Source: Lingula anatina (taxonomy: Eukaryota; Animalia; Brachiopoda). From it: a stretch of 64,000 bases of DNA. Positions 14,049 through 27,732 of the stretch are shown one piece after another. A model generated the notes under the pieces. That model was given only the letters and a program-made list of their open reading frames with translations. It was not told the origin of the DNA and made no database searches. The position numbers and the translations under genes are program-made. Within the stretch, counting starts at the first letter, position 1. Every line of letters begins with the position of its first letter. Location: assembly GCA_051362555.1 (NCBI GenBank), contig CM120641.1, positions 27,720,401 through 27,784,400 on the forward strand, read 5' to 3'.

Positions 14049-14493
14049 TTCGAAAAGTGCGCTGTGGATACGTCATGTTTACACAAGTTTCAGTGACGTA
14101 GAACGCAAAAGTTTGTTCAACATTGGAGTAAAGAAGAAAACGAAACTAATTCCACGATGGTCGTCATCAGCAGATACAATTAGCAACACAGCAAAAAAGT
14201 TCCCGTCACACTTCTATTGGGATTAGACAACCAACGATGTTACATTATAGGGGAAACTGGGGCTAGTTTGCTTGAAGTTAGACACTTTTGGCCTTATAAA
14301 GCCAACTGGGAATGAGTTTGAGAAACGATTTTATAACAAGCGCCAAGGCGTGGCTTTACATGTATACTGGTATGCAGCAACAGTCCAAAGATTCTTAAAT
14401 CCTCACCGCTAGTCGCCCACTAAACCCAAGAGCAATATTAGTCGCTAAGTAAGCGTAATAGAAGCGTTGGGAAAACAGCTATTGCCGACCGCG

Positions 14494-14667
14494 ACCGGCG
14501 GATCCAGGCCGGATTATTTGAGGGGGGGGGGGCGGTTTTTAAGAATGACAGGCCGCGGAAGCGGAGCCGACCCCCCCCCCCCCCCCCCCCCCCCCCTTAG
14601 CATGGGATTCGGTACCCCAAAAATTTTTGTCCCCCCCCCCCAAAAAAAAAAAAAAAATCTGCCACTG
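14494..14667. mobile_element. Short poly-G/poly-C MITE with CAGTGGCGGATC-type ends
   Basis: ACCGGCGGATCC at left and AATCTGCCACTG at right, with internal G and C homopolymers. Similar G/C-tract elements near 19330-19600, 48920-49160 and 61010-61175. Confidence 0.5.
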
Positions 14668-14909
14668 TTATTACGTTATGTTTACATTGTGGGAACGTTT
14701 TTAACACGTTAGATGTGATCATTAAAATTGTGCAAATTGTATACAGTGATGCAAAATATATGAAATCCTTCTTGCATTTTTTCTAAGATTAACAAAAATA
14801 TGTATAGCTTGTAATTTATCAAAATTCATATATACGTTAGAATGTGCTGGCAACGTTTCATTAAGCAATGAAAATAAAAGTGGCAGTGTAGAACGTTGTA
14901 AAATAATGT

Positions 14910-14936
14910 GTTTGTGTGTGTGCGTGCGTGCGTGCA

Positions 14937-14973
<37 letters not shown>
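14910..14973. repeat. Compound (TG)n/(AG)n microsatellite
   Basis: Directly visible. Confidence 0.95.
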
Positions 14974-14974
<1 letters not shown>

Positions 14975-16589
14975 TATCGTAGGTGACAGTGATTAAATAT
15001 GCACAAGTTTGAGCGTATGTGAGGCATCACCTCCCCATTCGCCAACAGTTTCAGTAACAACCTCTCACCTAAAATGGGCTATACCTATTGTAATTTGCAT
15101 TACAATAAATTGATCTTCGTAGTGCGAGCTGTCTTCACGGATGCTCATTTGGCAGTGTGGACAGAGTCGGGCGTAGACGTTACAGTATGTGTGGTGCAGA
15201 CTCAAGGTCGAGCTCTTATAAGGCGTAGAAGCAAATTCATGATTGTGAGTATCACTATTTCTTCAATACCCACCGTCATAAAATGCTAAAGGTGCAGACG
15301 AATGAAAGAATATTTACGACAAATGGCATATGAGAAGAAGTCCTTGTTCTACTATTCCCATTTTCACTTGTGTCAGCCAGGATTGTAGAATTTATTGGTA
15401 ACAATGCATTGGGACTCAAAATGTACTGGATGAACGGCGTTCTCGTCTGACTTTTGGTGAAAATCTAAGTTTGCTTGAAATCTTTTAGCTCTAGATGCAC
15501 TTTTTAGCACTGTTGGAACATTCAAGCAACGCAAACGGCTCTTTTGACGACAAATGCCATAGTTTTAAAAGGAATTTAAAATATTTTTCATTTTATCTTG
15601 TTATCGATGTTTCTTTTTGAGCAAGATGACTCAAATAGTTATATCTTTCACTTCAGATCATAATTTTGACATAAGGCAACCTTGCTTTGCTTTTTTTTTC
15701 TGCGCAAGCCGAATCTGAACATCAGACAAATCAGTAAACACGCACACCTTTTCAATTATACGTTCCCTCTCCTCTGTGATATTGTATTATTCGTATATTA
15801 AAAGATTAGTACTGTAAGTTTAGTCTAAAGTTGTAAACATTATTTTTCTCCTTTCAGAAACCCACCGAGATTGTGCACAACATGTGGCCAGCGACTTAGC
15901 TATTGTGCCAAGACTTTGTTTCTCACACAAGAACCCCACGCTCATTCCTGGATCTATTACATATGATCACTAAATAAATTCTACTAAATTTGAAATTCAG
16001 CGTTTTTCTTTCACTCTGTTATAAAATTATGGTGATAGAGTAATGATAAGGGGGAATGAATAATTTTATTTCGTGTTTGACGATTTTCAAATTCAATCTG
16101 CCAAATCTGATCTTGAAAATGTCTTAATGTTTTTTTCTGTGAATGACAGTTTCTTATGGAACCTAAAATTGAAATACCCAGTATTTTGTAAATAATGAAA
16201 TTGAGCATTAAGAATATTTTTTTCAATGACTTTTCAGCAACGCACATTTGTAAATCAAATTTGTTTAAGTTTTACAATCCTGCTTCTTAAAAATCCACAT
16301 TTATTTTTTATTCTATATCAAAATGGAACTAATTCGTTTGACTTCCCAGATATATATTTCCTATATTTCTTTAAATTTGCAGAAATTTACAATCCTGCTT
16401 TTTTAAAAATCTACATTAATTTTCTGTTCTATATCAAAATGGAACTAATTCTTGTGTATATATTCGTGGATATATTTCCCTATATTTTTTTTAATAGGAC
16501 GGGTCCCTTTTTGACAGGTTCTGGTTTTTCCTTCCATGAAATTGTTCTTCGAATGAATACTTCTATGTAAAATTTGAAAAAAAATGGAA

Positions 16590-17100
16590 GGTTTCCCTCC
16601 AACAGAATGAACTCGCCCCACCCAAAACACCTCTAATGGAATGCACTCACCCTACCAGTCACCCCTCTGGCGGAATGGACTCGCCCTACCTGACACCCCT
16701 AAGATGGAATGGACCCTCCCCACCTGACACCCCTTTCCAATGGATTGAGCTCGCCCTATCTGACACCCCTCTTGCAGAATCGACTCGCCCCACCTGACAC
16801 CCCTCTAACAAAAAGGACTTGCCCCACCTGACATCCCTCAGACAAAATAGACTCGCCCCACCTGACATCCCTCCAAAGGAATGGGCTCGCCCTACCTAAC
16901 ACCCCTCTGGCAGAATCGACTCGCCTCACCTGACACCCCTCTGACAAAGTAGACTCGCCCCACCTAAAACCCCTCTGACAAAATAGACTCTCCCCACCTG
17001 ACACCCCTTAGATGGAATGGACTTGCCCTACCTGACATCCCCTAGTTGGAATCTGATTGCCCCGCCTGACACCCTCCCAATGGAATGGACTCTACCTTGC
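16590..17100. repeat. C-rich minisatellite, ~33-34 bp unit (GACTCGCCCCACCTGACACCCCTCTG...), about 15 diverged copies
   Basis: Recurring ACCTGACACCCC core at ~34-bp spacing; explains the spurious ORFs at 16686 and 16756. Confidence 0.9.
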
Positions 17101-20100
17101 CTATTTGGTTACAGACCCATACAAGATAGGGTTAAGATTGGCCATTCAATGAACTTCAATTGACCAATATTCGTGTTACTGCTGCTCTTATTCACTCCGA
17201 TGTTAGCTAACCTTGCAAAAAAGATTTTTAGAATGTATTTCCTTAATTGGAGTTAAAACAATTCACTTGTTAATCTTAAACACCAAACAACTACCAATCT
17301 TATTTGAAAACATATTTTTAATCATTTTGATTAAGTTCATTACAGTATTGATGTCTGTTCAGTCCTTCTTGAAAATACTGAACACTAGAACATGGTTGTT
17401 TATTCAATTTAAAGTTCATTTAAGCTTTCCATCACATGTCGGTATTTTGGGGTACATACCAACAGTCCAAAGGTGCTTCAATCCGAACCGCTCTAGTGGC
17501 CAACTAACCCCGACCCCAATTTGTAATTATCCGCTTATCAAACAGCGTAAGACGCAGGCTTTCGGCCCAACGTTGGTACGACAGCGATTTAATTTAATTT
17601 TGGGAAATCCACTCTGCCCTTTCATTTTAGACCGAGGCTTTCGTACGGAGAATGGGTGGTCCTATGATGTGCATCAGGTGAGCATTTGAGTGAGAAGTGT
17701 TCAGATAGGTCCAAGGTCAGTCGCTGGCCAGTAGTAGAAGAAGAAGAAGAAAAAGGAAACGTCATGCAACATTGCTAAGATTTCCACGTGTAGGCCAAAA
17801 ATTTGGCACTGTAAACGGCAGCAATCTTCTGTAAGTACCGTATATAGGTGAAGTAAGATATACTGTAATAACATATTTGCTTACTTTGCGTTGACAATAT
17901 TTGCCCAAAATGGTACCTTTCGCATTTAACTTCCAAACCCAATATATATAGAGGTGCAATTCACATGCTCAAAGTATAAAAAATTGAATGAATTCGAAGT
18001 CGTATTAATTTTTTAAAAACATATATGTGTTTAGAACAAAAATCCACGGCTTTCTAAATTTTACCTCTACATCAAATTTTTACCATGTCTATACATTATG
18101 TAAGGAGCCTAAATTGTAACATATGTTCCAGTAACGTATTTTCCGGGGTATATAATTTCAACTTTTATATGGCTTTCCGATGAATTTTGTAGTGATTCAG
18201 TCATGGTTAATTATATATGACGTAAGGATGTTTGTATAAATCTTTAAACTGTAACTCAAGGGACTTTGCGTCATGGCTAATACCAACTAACGTATATTCC
18301 CCAGAAAAAAATTGTCAGAATGTTTCATCTTGCCCAAGTACTTGGTGCAATAGGAAATAGGGTTTTCTGTTGCTGACTGAAAAATATACTACGATTCCAT
18401 GATAATTTTACATTTCTGCTATAATATTTGGACCACGAGTGGCAAATAGTTTATTTAATGCTTATTTTACTGGTCAGTAGGGTGTATTCCCCCCCCCCCC
18501 CCCCCCATTTTTAATATTCAGTGACAAGCAAACAAAAAATTAACCACAGAAGATTATCATAATTTTACAACGTTTTACTTGTAGGAGAACAAAACCAACA
18601 GCGATGGTTGAATTTTCAAATTGAGTAAAACGTTTCCACAGCTGGACGTTTTGTATTTGTGACAGTAACGCATGTTCCTTTTTGGGGTTAGACGATGAAT
18701 TATTTTTCTTTATTCATGGTTCCAGGAGAATGAAACTTTGATACAAACTTCTTCATGTGGGACCCTAAAATTATCAAATATACTTTGTAATCTGTGCACT
18801 ATATATTGTTAAGAGCATGTCTGTGCCCGCATTTGCACCACTATATTGGGTTTGCACTAAGTCATGAGGGCCTTCGGGGCCTCATTTTACTCAAGTAAAC
18901 TACCCTTTTACCTTAAAATTTTAATTGGGTTTGAATAGTTCACTTTTCTGTTATTTATTTTCCAGGGGGAACGCATTTGTCAATTAAAGAAGCAAGGGCT
19001 AATTCTAAGGGATGGAACACCAATGTAAGAACCAAGGGCCAATTCCAATGGATTGAACGCATCTTCCGCCTTAAACAATATAGGAAAACTAGCCAGGTAA
19101 CTACATTCGAATCTTCTTATTTACACCCTTTTCATAGCGCATCTATTAAAAGATGATGAATTGCTGTCCCACTACAATCTTGGAAACGAAGCGTTGTCGT
19201 GCACACAATACGCATATGGAGGATCCACCCAGCAAATACATAACATTATAATAACGTAACCATAACGTTTGTAGATCTAAAACAAAAATTTTATGGTTAT
19301 GTTATGATAAAGTCATGTGTTTATTGGGCAGGACGTGCACAGCTCGCACCCCTCTGCCCTTCCCTCCGTGTCGGGGGGTGTGGGGGGGGGAAGGGGGGTC
19401 CTTTCTCCTTCCCCACAAAACGGCAGAACCAAGAAGTTATAACTTCTTGGTAGAACTAACGTTCAACGAGACTAAACCAACCGATTTTTTCTTCTCCTAC
19501 ATGTTCAGCAAAATTGTCCTCGTCTATTGTTTCATAATTTTCGAGCGAAAGTGACTTTTTTTCTTTCTCCTCCCCCGGCAAACTCCTAGATACACCAGTG
19601 AATTTTTATCATGGCTTTTTCGTTCTTTTCTACTGAGATCTCGTGGCGTATTGTATGCAAAACTAGACCTTTCAGTGAAATGCTCCTATTTATAAAATTT
19701 CACTTACTACAGGGCATAAAAAGATAGAAATGGCATAGTTGTATAGACCCTGATTACATGGAATATGCTCGTTCAGTTAATATATTTGCGCGCATCATTT
19801 AAAAGTTAGGTAGTTATTTCTTTAATATAATTGCACGTCGTGTACCGAATCGGGTTGCTAAAATGATTATATTTTGCTTTATCTAACCGTTGCCCATTGT
19901 TTGTGAAATGAATGTTTTTTGTTTTATTTCAGTAACTTGCCTACCGTTTGCGAAGAGATTGGATGGGTTCTTCATCAAAATCGGCAGCTTTTTGTTCCAC
20001 AACGCCCGCCCCCTTTCATACCAAGCCAAGATGGTCTCGATTGTCGAAATTTATCGTGTAGTTGATATCAGGGAATTATGTCGGATATAATTTTCTGTTA

Positions 20101-23100
20101 ATATGTAGGGTTGACAGTTTATATGGAATATAATTTTCGCTTAGGTTTGTAATAGTCTATATGCAAAGTTCCTTGTTGAAGCGATGCATGAAAAGATAAT
20201 GATAAATTAAATGATATAAAATTATCACCAAATGATGTTAAGGTAGAGTAAAGTGCCAGTAGATTTTCAACTTGACAGTAAAAAGATGTGTGGGCAAATC
20301 TGCAATAAGACATGCACTTGAAGATAATATGTTCATTTTAAAATGAAGTCGGTTTTATTTTGATGGAGGTAACATTTTGGAAGAAAAAGCGTCGTCGTAA
20401 CTCCATTATGTCAAATTGCATAAAGGGAACTTCTTTATAGATGATTATATTTTGTTTTCAGTTGAAGAAGAAAACGAGTGATGTCAATCAATAATAACTT
20501 GAAACATTCTCATCCGAGTTATATCGCAGAATGTGCGTTATTGCAGAATTGCCGTCACGTATTTGAAATAGTTGCTTTTAAAATCATCCAAATAGAGTTG
20601 TGAAGCATGCTGAGAAAAAACTTCGGTTTATGGTGTTTTTATACTGCGTATATATGATCAGTGTCGGAGACATTTTCTTAGTACTGAAAGGAGTTCAAAG
20701 TGTTTGTGTTTTAAGAAAATGAACGCAGAGATGGTTAAAGATACTTCCCAAAATAATTATATGCATTTTGTTAATGCTGAAGTAGGATGCATGTTGCGTA
20801 CATAATTAACGTTCTCTTTTTGGGCTACCGAAATCCCCCAGCATAGAGCATGTTTGTGCGTTGTTCGACTTTTTACCAATGTTACACACACAAAAAAGAA
20901 CGCCGATTTCTACAAATAGTGTTATTTCATCATCTCTGACCTTTTGCTTTGTAGATTAAAAAAAAGTTATCAGATTCAAATTAATCACCTCAGCTGTTGC
21001 CAAGCCCTTTTTGATGGGGGGGGGGGGGGGGTCCCAAATAATTAATGAATTTTTAGGACGTCAATTTTGGTTGCATTAAATGTGAAAAAATTAATAAGAA
21101 ACTTACAAAAAAGTTCCAACATTACATTTACAGCTATATTTGGCATATTTTTGTTTAGCGTTTTTTAAAGTTTGGCGAATTTGCCATATTATCATCAGTG
21201 CATAAGATTCGATGGAATTTTGCTTCTCTTAATAGATGCGAAAAATCGATATTCTATCAAAATTACATGAATAATGACACTGGTTGGTTTGAAGTCAAAA
21301 GAAAAAAAAATGACAAAAACTTTGCAGGTAATCGTAAGCACTCTGTTGAAGGCTGCATTGTATTAAGTGTATTCTGTTTTTTGGTTGGGATCAAGTGTAT
21401 TCTGTTTTTTGGTTGGGATCGTGGGTAATTTAGAAAAATGCTTGATTAGATGCACTTTCTGTTGGGTTAATTTGGCGGAGTCTCTCTCGATCACTGAACA
21501 CCAGAAACAAGAATTGAGTTCATTGGCATTTACTGATTAAATGTGTTAGTTATTTCAACTAAACTGCGTAACCTTTTCAGTTTTGTTTACATGTTATTCT
21601 TATAAAAAGCTATGACTGAGATGAGCTTGTAAACTACCATCTCATTAATTCCGTGCGGTTTGAATTAGTTTTCACTGGAAATTGTGCGGTCAGGAATACT
21701 TTTTATGATTTAATGTGAAAAATGTATAGCATTAGTAACATTTATCGATGAGCAGAACACCCTTGAAACAGACTAGATGAAAAAAAGCGTACATATCTTC
21801 CCTGGAAATTTGAAAACTTGTTGTCTGTTTGTGTAAAAAGTGTCATTCTACGAACCATACTCGATCTTTTTTTGTTGTTGTTGTTGTACCAACAAAGTTT
21901 TCAGAGTTAACGATTGAAGTCTCCGTCTGTAAAGCTTTTCCCAAACTCGAATAGCTGATTTGCATTTTAAATACTGATTTGCTTTTTAAATACTTGAATG
22001 TATATATTTCTCAATTTTGGTAATCAGAATCTTAATTAAGAAAACATGTAATCAGTAAGATTCTTAACATCCATTTTCAGAATTTGGCCCTATAGATTCG
22101 TAGAATGTACTATATGACTTGTATATAGTTAAATTCAAACGTTTGTGACATTTCTTTGTTGAACATTTCTAAGTACCGTTTAAAGATGGAGGGATCAATC
22201 ATGTGATTGGAATTTTTCCTATTTTCGAAATTCTACTGTTCTCGGCAATTGTCTCTTAATGGCAGTCACTTTCATACTATCGACCAGCAGAAATATTTTC
22301 TTGTATTTGAGAAGCATTCGCAATGAGAAAGGTGCATAGCATTGTTATAGGAATTTTGGAAATTGAAATTTTGGAATTGAAATGCCTAAAAGGAACACAT
22401 AAGTAACATCACAGTCTGTCCCTCGATTTTTAACCAGATTTGATGATTGTACATGTTGTATGTGTTATCATATTTTATTATTCTAATTTATGTTCCAATG
22501 TCACGTTTATAATTTCTACAATTGCTTAGATTGCTGGCTAAGTGTTGAAAATTGTTTCACAAATATGTATAACAAAAATGTTTGGAAAGGTTTCTTCTTT
22601 TCCTCCCGAATGATGACTGTGGCATTCAATTATGAAAAGATAATTTACCGAGATTATTTTCATAATAGCATATGGTTATGGCAAAACAAGAAACAGTGGC
22701 GGAGTCGGGATATTTTAAAGGGGGTAGACTTTTGAAGTAGTGAGCAATTTAAATAATACCTTAGACTTGTTTGATCAAGTTAACATTGGGTTTTTCTTTT
22801 CTTCTTTTTTGTATGGGGGTGTGCTAAAACCGCCATTCTTTTTTGTAAAAGAATTAATTGTTCAACATGTACTTTGTTTAGTATTCATAAGATGCATAAG
22901 GCAAGTATTTTATCTTATAGTTTAGTTGTCAAATCGAATAAGAAAATAGTATGTATTTGTCGCAATTGTGAGTCCGGATGCAAATTTATAATTTATCTTA
23001 CGCACCCGAACATTCAAAAGTAGTATTGATTATAAGGTTTCAAAAAGTAGTATTGATTATAAGGTTTCAAAAATGCTGTATTAAAAACACATGCTTCAAA

Positions 23101-23303
23101 AAGGAATGGATTCTTTAATGGAGATGTAGTTTCCTCTTAATAAATACTTTCCAAATATATGCAAGACGTGTTTGTATTCTCGTTGGTTCATTAGTAACCT
23201 GGGGGGCGAGTTTCGATTTTAAGGTTGGGTCTTGGAAATTACGAAGTTTCAGAATTTTCTTTTGGTTACTATAAGAGGAAACTTTATCCGGGGAGGGTGG
23301 GTG

Positions 23304-23377
23304 GGAACACTTAGAGGAGTAGGTAGCGCGCTTGACTCTGAGTCAGCAAGTCCCGGGTTCGATTCCTGGCGTTTCTA
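23304..23377 (+). pseudogene. tRNA-like sequence (tRNA pseudogene or SINE head); CTG at the anticodon position
   Basis: T-arm CCGGG-TTCGATT-CCTGG (B box), an anticodon-like stem-loop TGAC-TCTGA-GTCA, and an imperfect acceptor stem; D-stem poorly paired. Confidence 0.55.
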
Positions 23378-23463
23378 GGTCCCAGCAAATTACCTTTTAC
23401 AAAAAAAATCCAAACCAGCAATTTAAACAACTACAAGAGGGACGTACGAACGTCCAAAGCCAA

Positions 23464-23533
23464 GCTGAGTATGTAGCTCAGTTGGTAAGACGAAAGAGTC
23501 TAATTCACATGACTTAAGGTTCGAGACGAGCTG
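23464..23533 (+). pseudogene. Second, more degenerate tRNA-like sequence
   Basis: A box TAGCTCAGTTGGTA and B box GGTTCGAGAC at tRNA-like spacing; stems not intact. Confidence 0.4.
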
Positions 23534-23804
23534 GAAGAATGACAAATATTGCAACAAAAATATTTGTATTATTGTTTATTTTACCGTCCATTTTTTACAG
23601 CGAGTTTTCACAAAAATATTAAATGCGTACATTTACATTTTAATGGTACAATAGCAGCAAATCCCAAAACAATTTCGTAATACGAAAAATAAAGTTACCT
23701 TTAACAAAATACAACTATTATTTTACTGAAACGTGGTATTTTGAAAATGACAGTTCAGATGCCTAATTTTCTTAACTTACAGTACATTATGTCGACATAA
23801 ATCT

Positions 23805-23997
23805 AAACCCTCCTTTACACTGGACGGGTCCTTTGTGGTATCGGTAAAACTGGCATCGCTGTGGTCGTAATAAGGAGGCACAAGTATCGCTTTGATTGCA
23901 GAATGAATGCTCAATGATCGATCAGTTGTCGGCATGTAAAGATTTTTTTACTCTCTACGGAATGCAGAAAGGACGCCGTCCAGCGTAAAGGGGGTTT
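23805..23997. mobile_element. MITE, probably PIF/Harbinger type
   Basis: Inverted ends AAACCCTCCTTTACACTGGACG and CGTCCAGCGTAAAGGGGGTTT. Confidence 0.7.
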
Positions 23998-24677
23998 AAG
24001 CAAAGTACAACATTTTGAGTTTTGAGCAAATTGGAAGACTAACATACTTTTTAACTTCTAACAACTGTACTCGAAGCTGATCACACCTAGTTACATGTTT
24101 AATGTAGTGCTAATGCAAAACTCCAAAAAGTGGGAAAATTACATCAATTTGTAACTGATTACAACGCAAGTACAACTGAGCTTCATTTCAAATATTCAAT
24201 ATCTTATTTGCAAAATACTTCAAAATTTATTATGTCATATTAATTATTCGGAAAATATCCTTTGATCGTTTCAACAATGGAAAAGTATTGAAAGAAGTAT
24301 CAAATCCGTTTCATACATACTGTCAGCTGAACCCCAATGTTTTGAAGGGCTGATCTTATGTTCTGTTAGGCAAAAATCAATTAACTTTTTTTACAAAACT
24401 TTTCACTTATTTTAACGGGCTAAAATGTATATAGCGGAAATCGTGCCAAAATTTGAAATGAAAAAAACTATAACTATACTAAAATTGTTTTTTATTAGAC
24501 TACCAACCGCTTCCTTAATCTACATGCCTCCCGCTAGAAATATGAGAGAATGGCTAAAACCAGTTTTTTAAACAGAGTTCCTAATACAAAAAAAAAAAAA
24601 AAAAACACAAAAAAACACAAAAAAACACCAAAAAAAAAAAAAAAACACAAATAAGTCATCATCAAATGCCTAATATT

Positions 24678-24935
24678 AGACTGCGATCAGATTCAAACAT
24701 CATACCAGCTAGATTGATCCTATTCTGCTGGGGATTCTCACTAAGTTGCATTCGGCTTTATTGTCTGACACGACCTCTTGAGTAGTTACGGAGTAAATTA
24801 ACATTCGTGTGCACTCGGCTTTATTACCCCCTAGCAGCTCCAGGAAACGTGTCGCACATTTAAGCCTGGTCCTGGGAGAATCTCCCGCAGAGTTGGTTCG
24901 ATCCAGCTAGAACGATAGTTTTATCTGGACCTCCC
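24678..24935. mobile_element. Palindromic MITE, diverged relative of the family at 39-54 kb
   Basis: Shares the GATCC...GGGGATTCTC...TTACCCCCTAGCAGCT...GAGAATCTCCC...GATCCAGCTAG architecture. Confidence 0.65.
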
Positions 24936-27061
24936 TTAATACCTTAAAACGTTACATTGAAATAGAAGTATATCCGTATACTTAGTATCGAGACGGCCTT
25001 GCATCCACTCCCTGCTACGTATATCTCAGAACTGAATAAGTGATAAGTGAGAACTCTTTTCAGAGTAGGTCCAAGAGTAGATTAGAGTGGATTCATGGGG
25101 GAGGAGGCAGAATGAAGTGGGCGCCTTTTCTATTAAGCACTGACCATTGTCTCACAGGAGAAACATCATTTTACAAATAACTAAAATAAAAACACATAGG
25201 GCGCATTGGCGTTTAAACATACTTCTAAATAAACCAGAAGAAAATAAATCCTAGACCCTAACCCACCCCAGAATGAAACGGCATTATGTGGGTCACTGGC
25301 TATCCTGATATGGTCCACTACATGGATTTATCTGAGTAGTTTTCACCCAGTTTGACAAACCAGACTGTACCATACTGCCACCTGGAGGAAGAAAGACATA
25401 TCATCTCGGCTGCAATCGGAAGCTTAGCAGATTGTGGTAGAGTAGAAATGTTGATGACACGATATGGGCAGAGAAATATATACAGTATGTTTTTAATTTG
25501 CATAATGAAAAATAAACTACTCGTCTCACGCACATGTATAGTTTTTCCTTGTGTTTGCGTTTTATTCTAAGCAAACGCATCCCAGAAATGGTGACTGAGA
25601 TCATTCCGAACGGATTTCGCATAGATAAAGTAAAATGTAAATATCAGAATAACACTAGGCCTATAGGCTATCTACAAACGAAACGAGTATCATCTATTTC
25701 TCTGTCACCTTGAACGTTTAATGACTATAAAGCCAGCATAAAACCACTAACCTCACTAGTCTACCGATATGCAAAAAAAAAAAAAAAAAAAAAAGGAAAA
25801 AACCTGTAACTTTTCTCCTTGTAAAGCAAATCAGGCGAAGACCACATGTCAGACCATTGCACTTAACTGGTATTCTCTGACCACAGAGTGCGCTGGTAGT
25901 AGTCGTAGTCACTGAGCAGCCTGCTACTGTAATTTCATGTACTATCTTAGAAGCCCCTGATATCATTTTGTCGTTCTACACAGAAATCACCCGTCAGCTT
26001 CTTAGGTTTATGTTTGGGCCATGCTCATGGCCCTTGATCTAACGCAGTATCTATCCCCAATCGCATCGACCTCGGATCAACTACAGCATTCGTGCGCGCC
26101 ATGTCGGCTTTCGTGAGGCAGTACTAAGTAAATAAAAAGTACCAATTGAAAAAACTATATTTAAAATATTTTGTGCAGTTTTTTTATATTTCATGTGTTT
26201 ATTCATTTATCTTGCTATATTGACAGTTTTTTAAATTCGTGCAACATATTACCCGGAGTCCATATTGTTTGTTTATTATTTATTGTAATTGAAGAAAAAA
26301 CATTTAAGATATATAAATATATATATATATTGATAAACACTTTCATGTGGTCGTCTTCCATAAACCAGATATAATTTTTAGGTGTTTTTTTTTTTAGGTA
26401 TTACTGTCACTGTAACAAAGGGAGACAGTATATCTCCATTTTTAAACGATAGTTTTTATAAACTTTTCTCGCGAAATAGCTCAATTAGAAACCTGAGCTT
26501 CTCAGTGCTTCCGTACCAAGTTTCCACGCACCATTTTATTTGCGACATTCAATTTATGTAATTTGGAATTAAAAGCTACGCCATCCCATTAACGCAGCAA
26601 TTATATATATATATTAAACTGATGAAGTTTCTTTAGGATGTTTTAACACCTTGAGCACCCAGACCACATATATATATATATATATATATATGTGATAATA
26701 CTTGGTAGAAGAGGTAGAGGCATGCTGATAGAGATGAAGAGATGTGAGTTTCCCGTGTCCTCTGAAGCTTGGGGTGGAATGAGACACACGTTCGAAGTCA
26801 TATCTCAGATCACCAGACTGCGCGAAGACACTGAACGTAAAATAATACCATTGCAGCTTCTTGTATGATATCGTTAGGTCATGATTTATCACAGGATTAA
26901 TGATTTTGGGATATATACCACTGAGAATAACTGACAATAATTATAAATCACATTATGCTTAAATGACCTGCCAAGAGATATCAAGTTGTGTTCACACGTT
27001 ATTTTGGAGAGATTTCGTTCCATGACATTCCCACTCTAAATACCAAATATGTGCTCACTAT

Positions 27062-27236
27062 GGCTGCATTCAGAACGGCGGACTAACTAGTCCGAGGGCC
27101 AAATATGGCGACCGACTAAAAAGCTTGCCGTCTAATCCGCTAATAGACACTAAACAGATTCCCAGTGGGGAAGTATTCAAGTGGGTCGGCCATATTAGAT
27201 CCGTGGACTAGTTAGGCCGCTGTTCTGGATACGGCC
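27062..27236. mobile_element. Palindromic MITE with GGC...GCC ends (Harbinger-like)
   Basis: GGCTGCATTCAGAACGGCGGACTAACTAGTCC pairs with GGACTAGTTAGGCCGCTGTTCTGGATACGGCC. Confidence 0.75.
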
Positions 27237-27338
27237 TATGATATTTAAGTAACTAAAGTGTAACCACCTCTCAAAATTATAATCTGCCATGACGTCCCTC
27301 TCAACCTCTAATTCCTCCTTTATTGTTTGAGATCATTT

Positions 27339-27578
27339 AGACCGCATTCAGATTGACACATCGTACTAGCTGGGTTGGTCCAACTTTTTGGGGGAATCTG
27401 GCTAAAGTGCAATAAGTGGAATCAGCTTAATTTTTTGACATGCCTCCTCGAGCAGTTAGGGGTAATTAATTATCGTGTGTTGATTAAGCTGATTCCACTG
27501 TTTGCACTTAAACAGCAAGATTCCCCCGCAGAATTGGGCCGACCCAGTTAGTACGACGTTTGAATCTGAAAGCACCCT
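27339..27578. mobile_element. Palindromic MITE, same subfamily as 24678-24935
   Basis: TTCAGATT...CGTACTAGCTGGGT pairs with ACCCAGTTAGTACG...AATCTGAA; internal GTGGAATCAGCTTAAT/ATTAAGCTGATTCCAC palindrome. Confidence 0.75.
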
Positions 27579-27732
27579 TAGAGTGAGCCATTGATCTAGC
27601 TTTGGATCTAATCCTTTCCAAAGATCCAAATGTGAACGTAAGGCTACACATTCTGTCCATCACGTCTATCAATCACGAGATAGACTCATGCCAGAATATC
27701 AACACGTTGTAAATTAACGACAGGATGAGCCT

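Noticed and set aside
16590-17100. Regularly spaced repeats resembling a CRISPR array
   Set aside because: Units are contiguous and mutually similar with no unique spacers; eukaryotic context with no cas genes. It is a minisatellite.
17213-17689. 158-aa ORF
   Set aside because: Non-ATG start, spans AT-rich DNA and a repeat also seen at ~14375-14490; no domain or splice support.
23304-23377. Functional tRNA-Gln(CTG) gene
   Set aside because: D-stem and acceptor stem are poorly paired; kept only as a pseudogene or SINE head.
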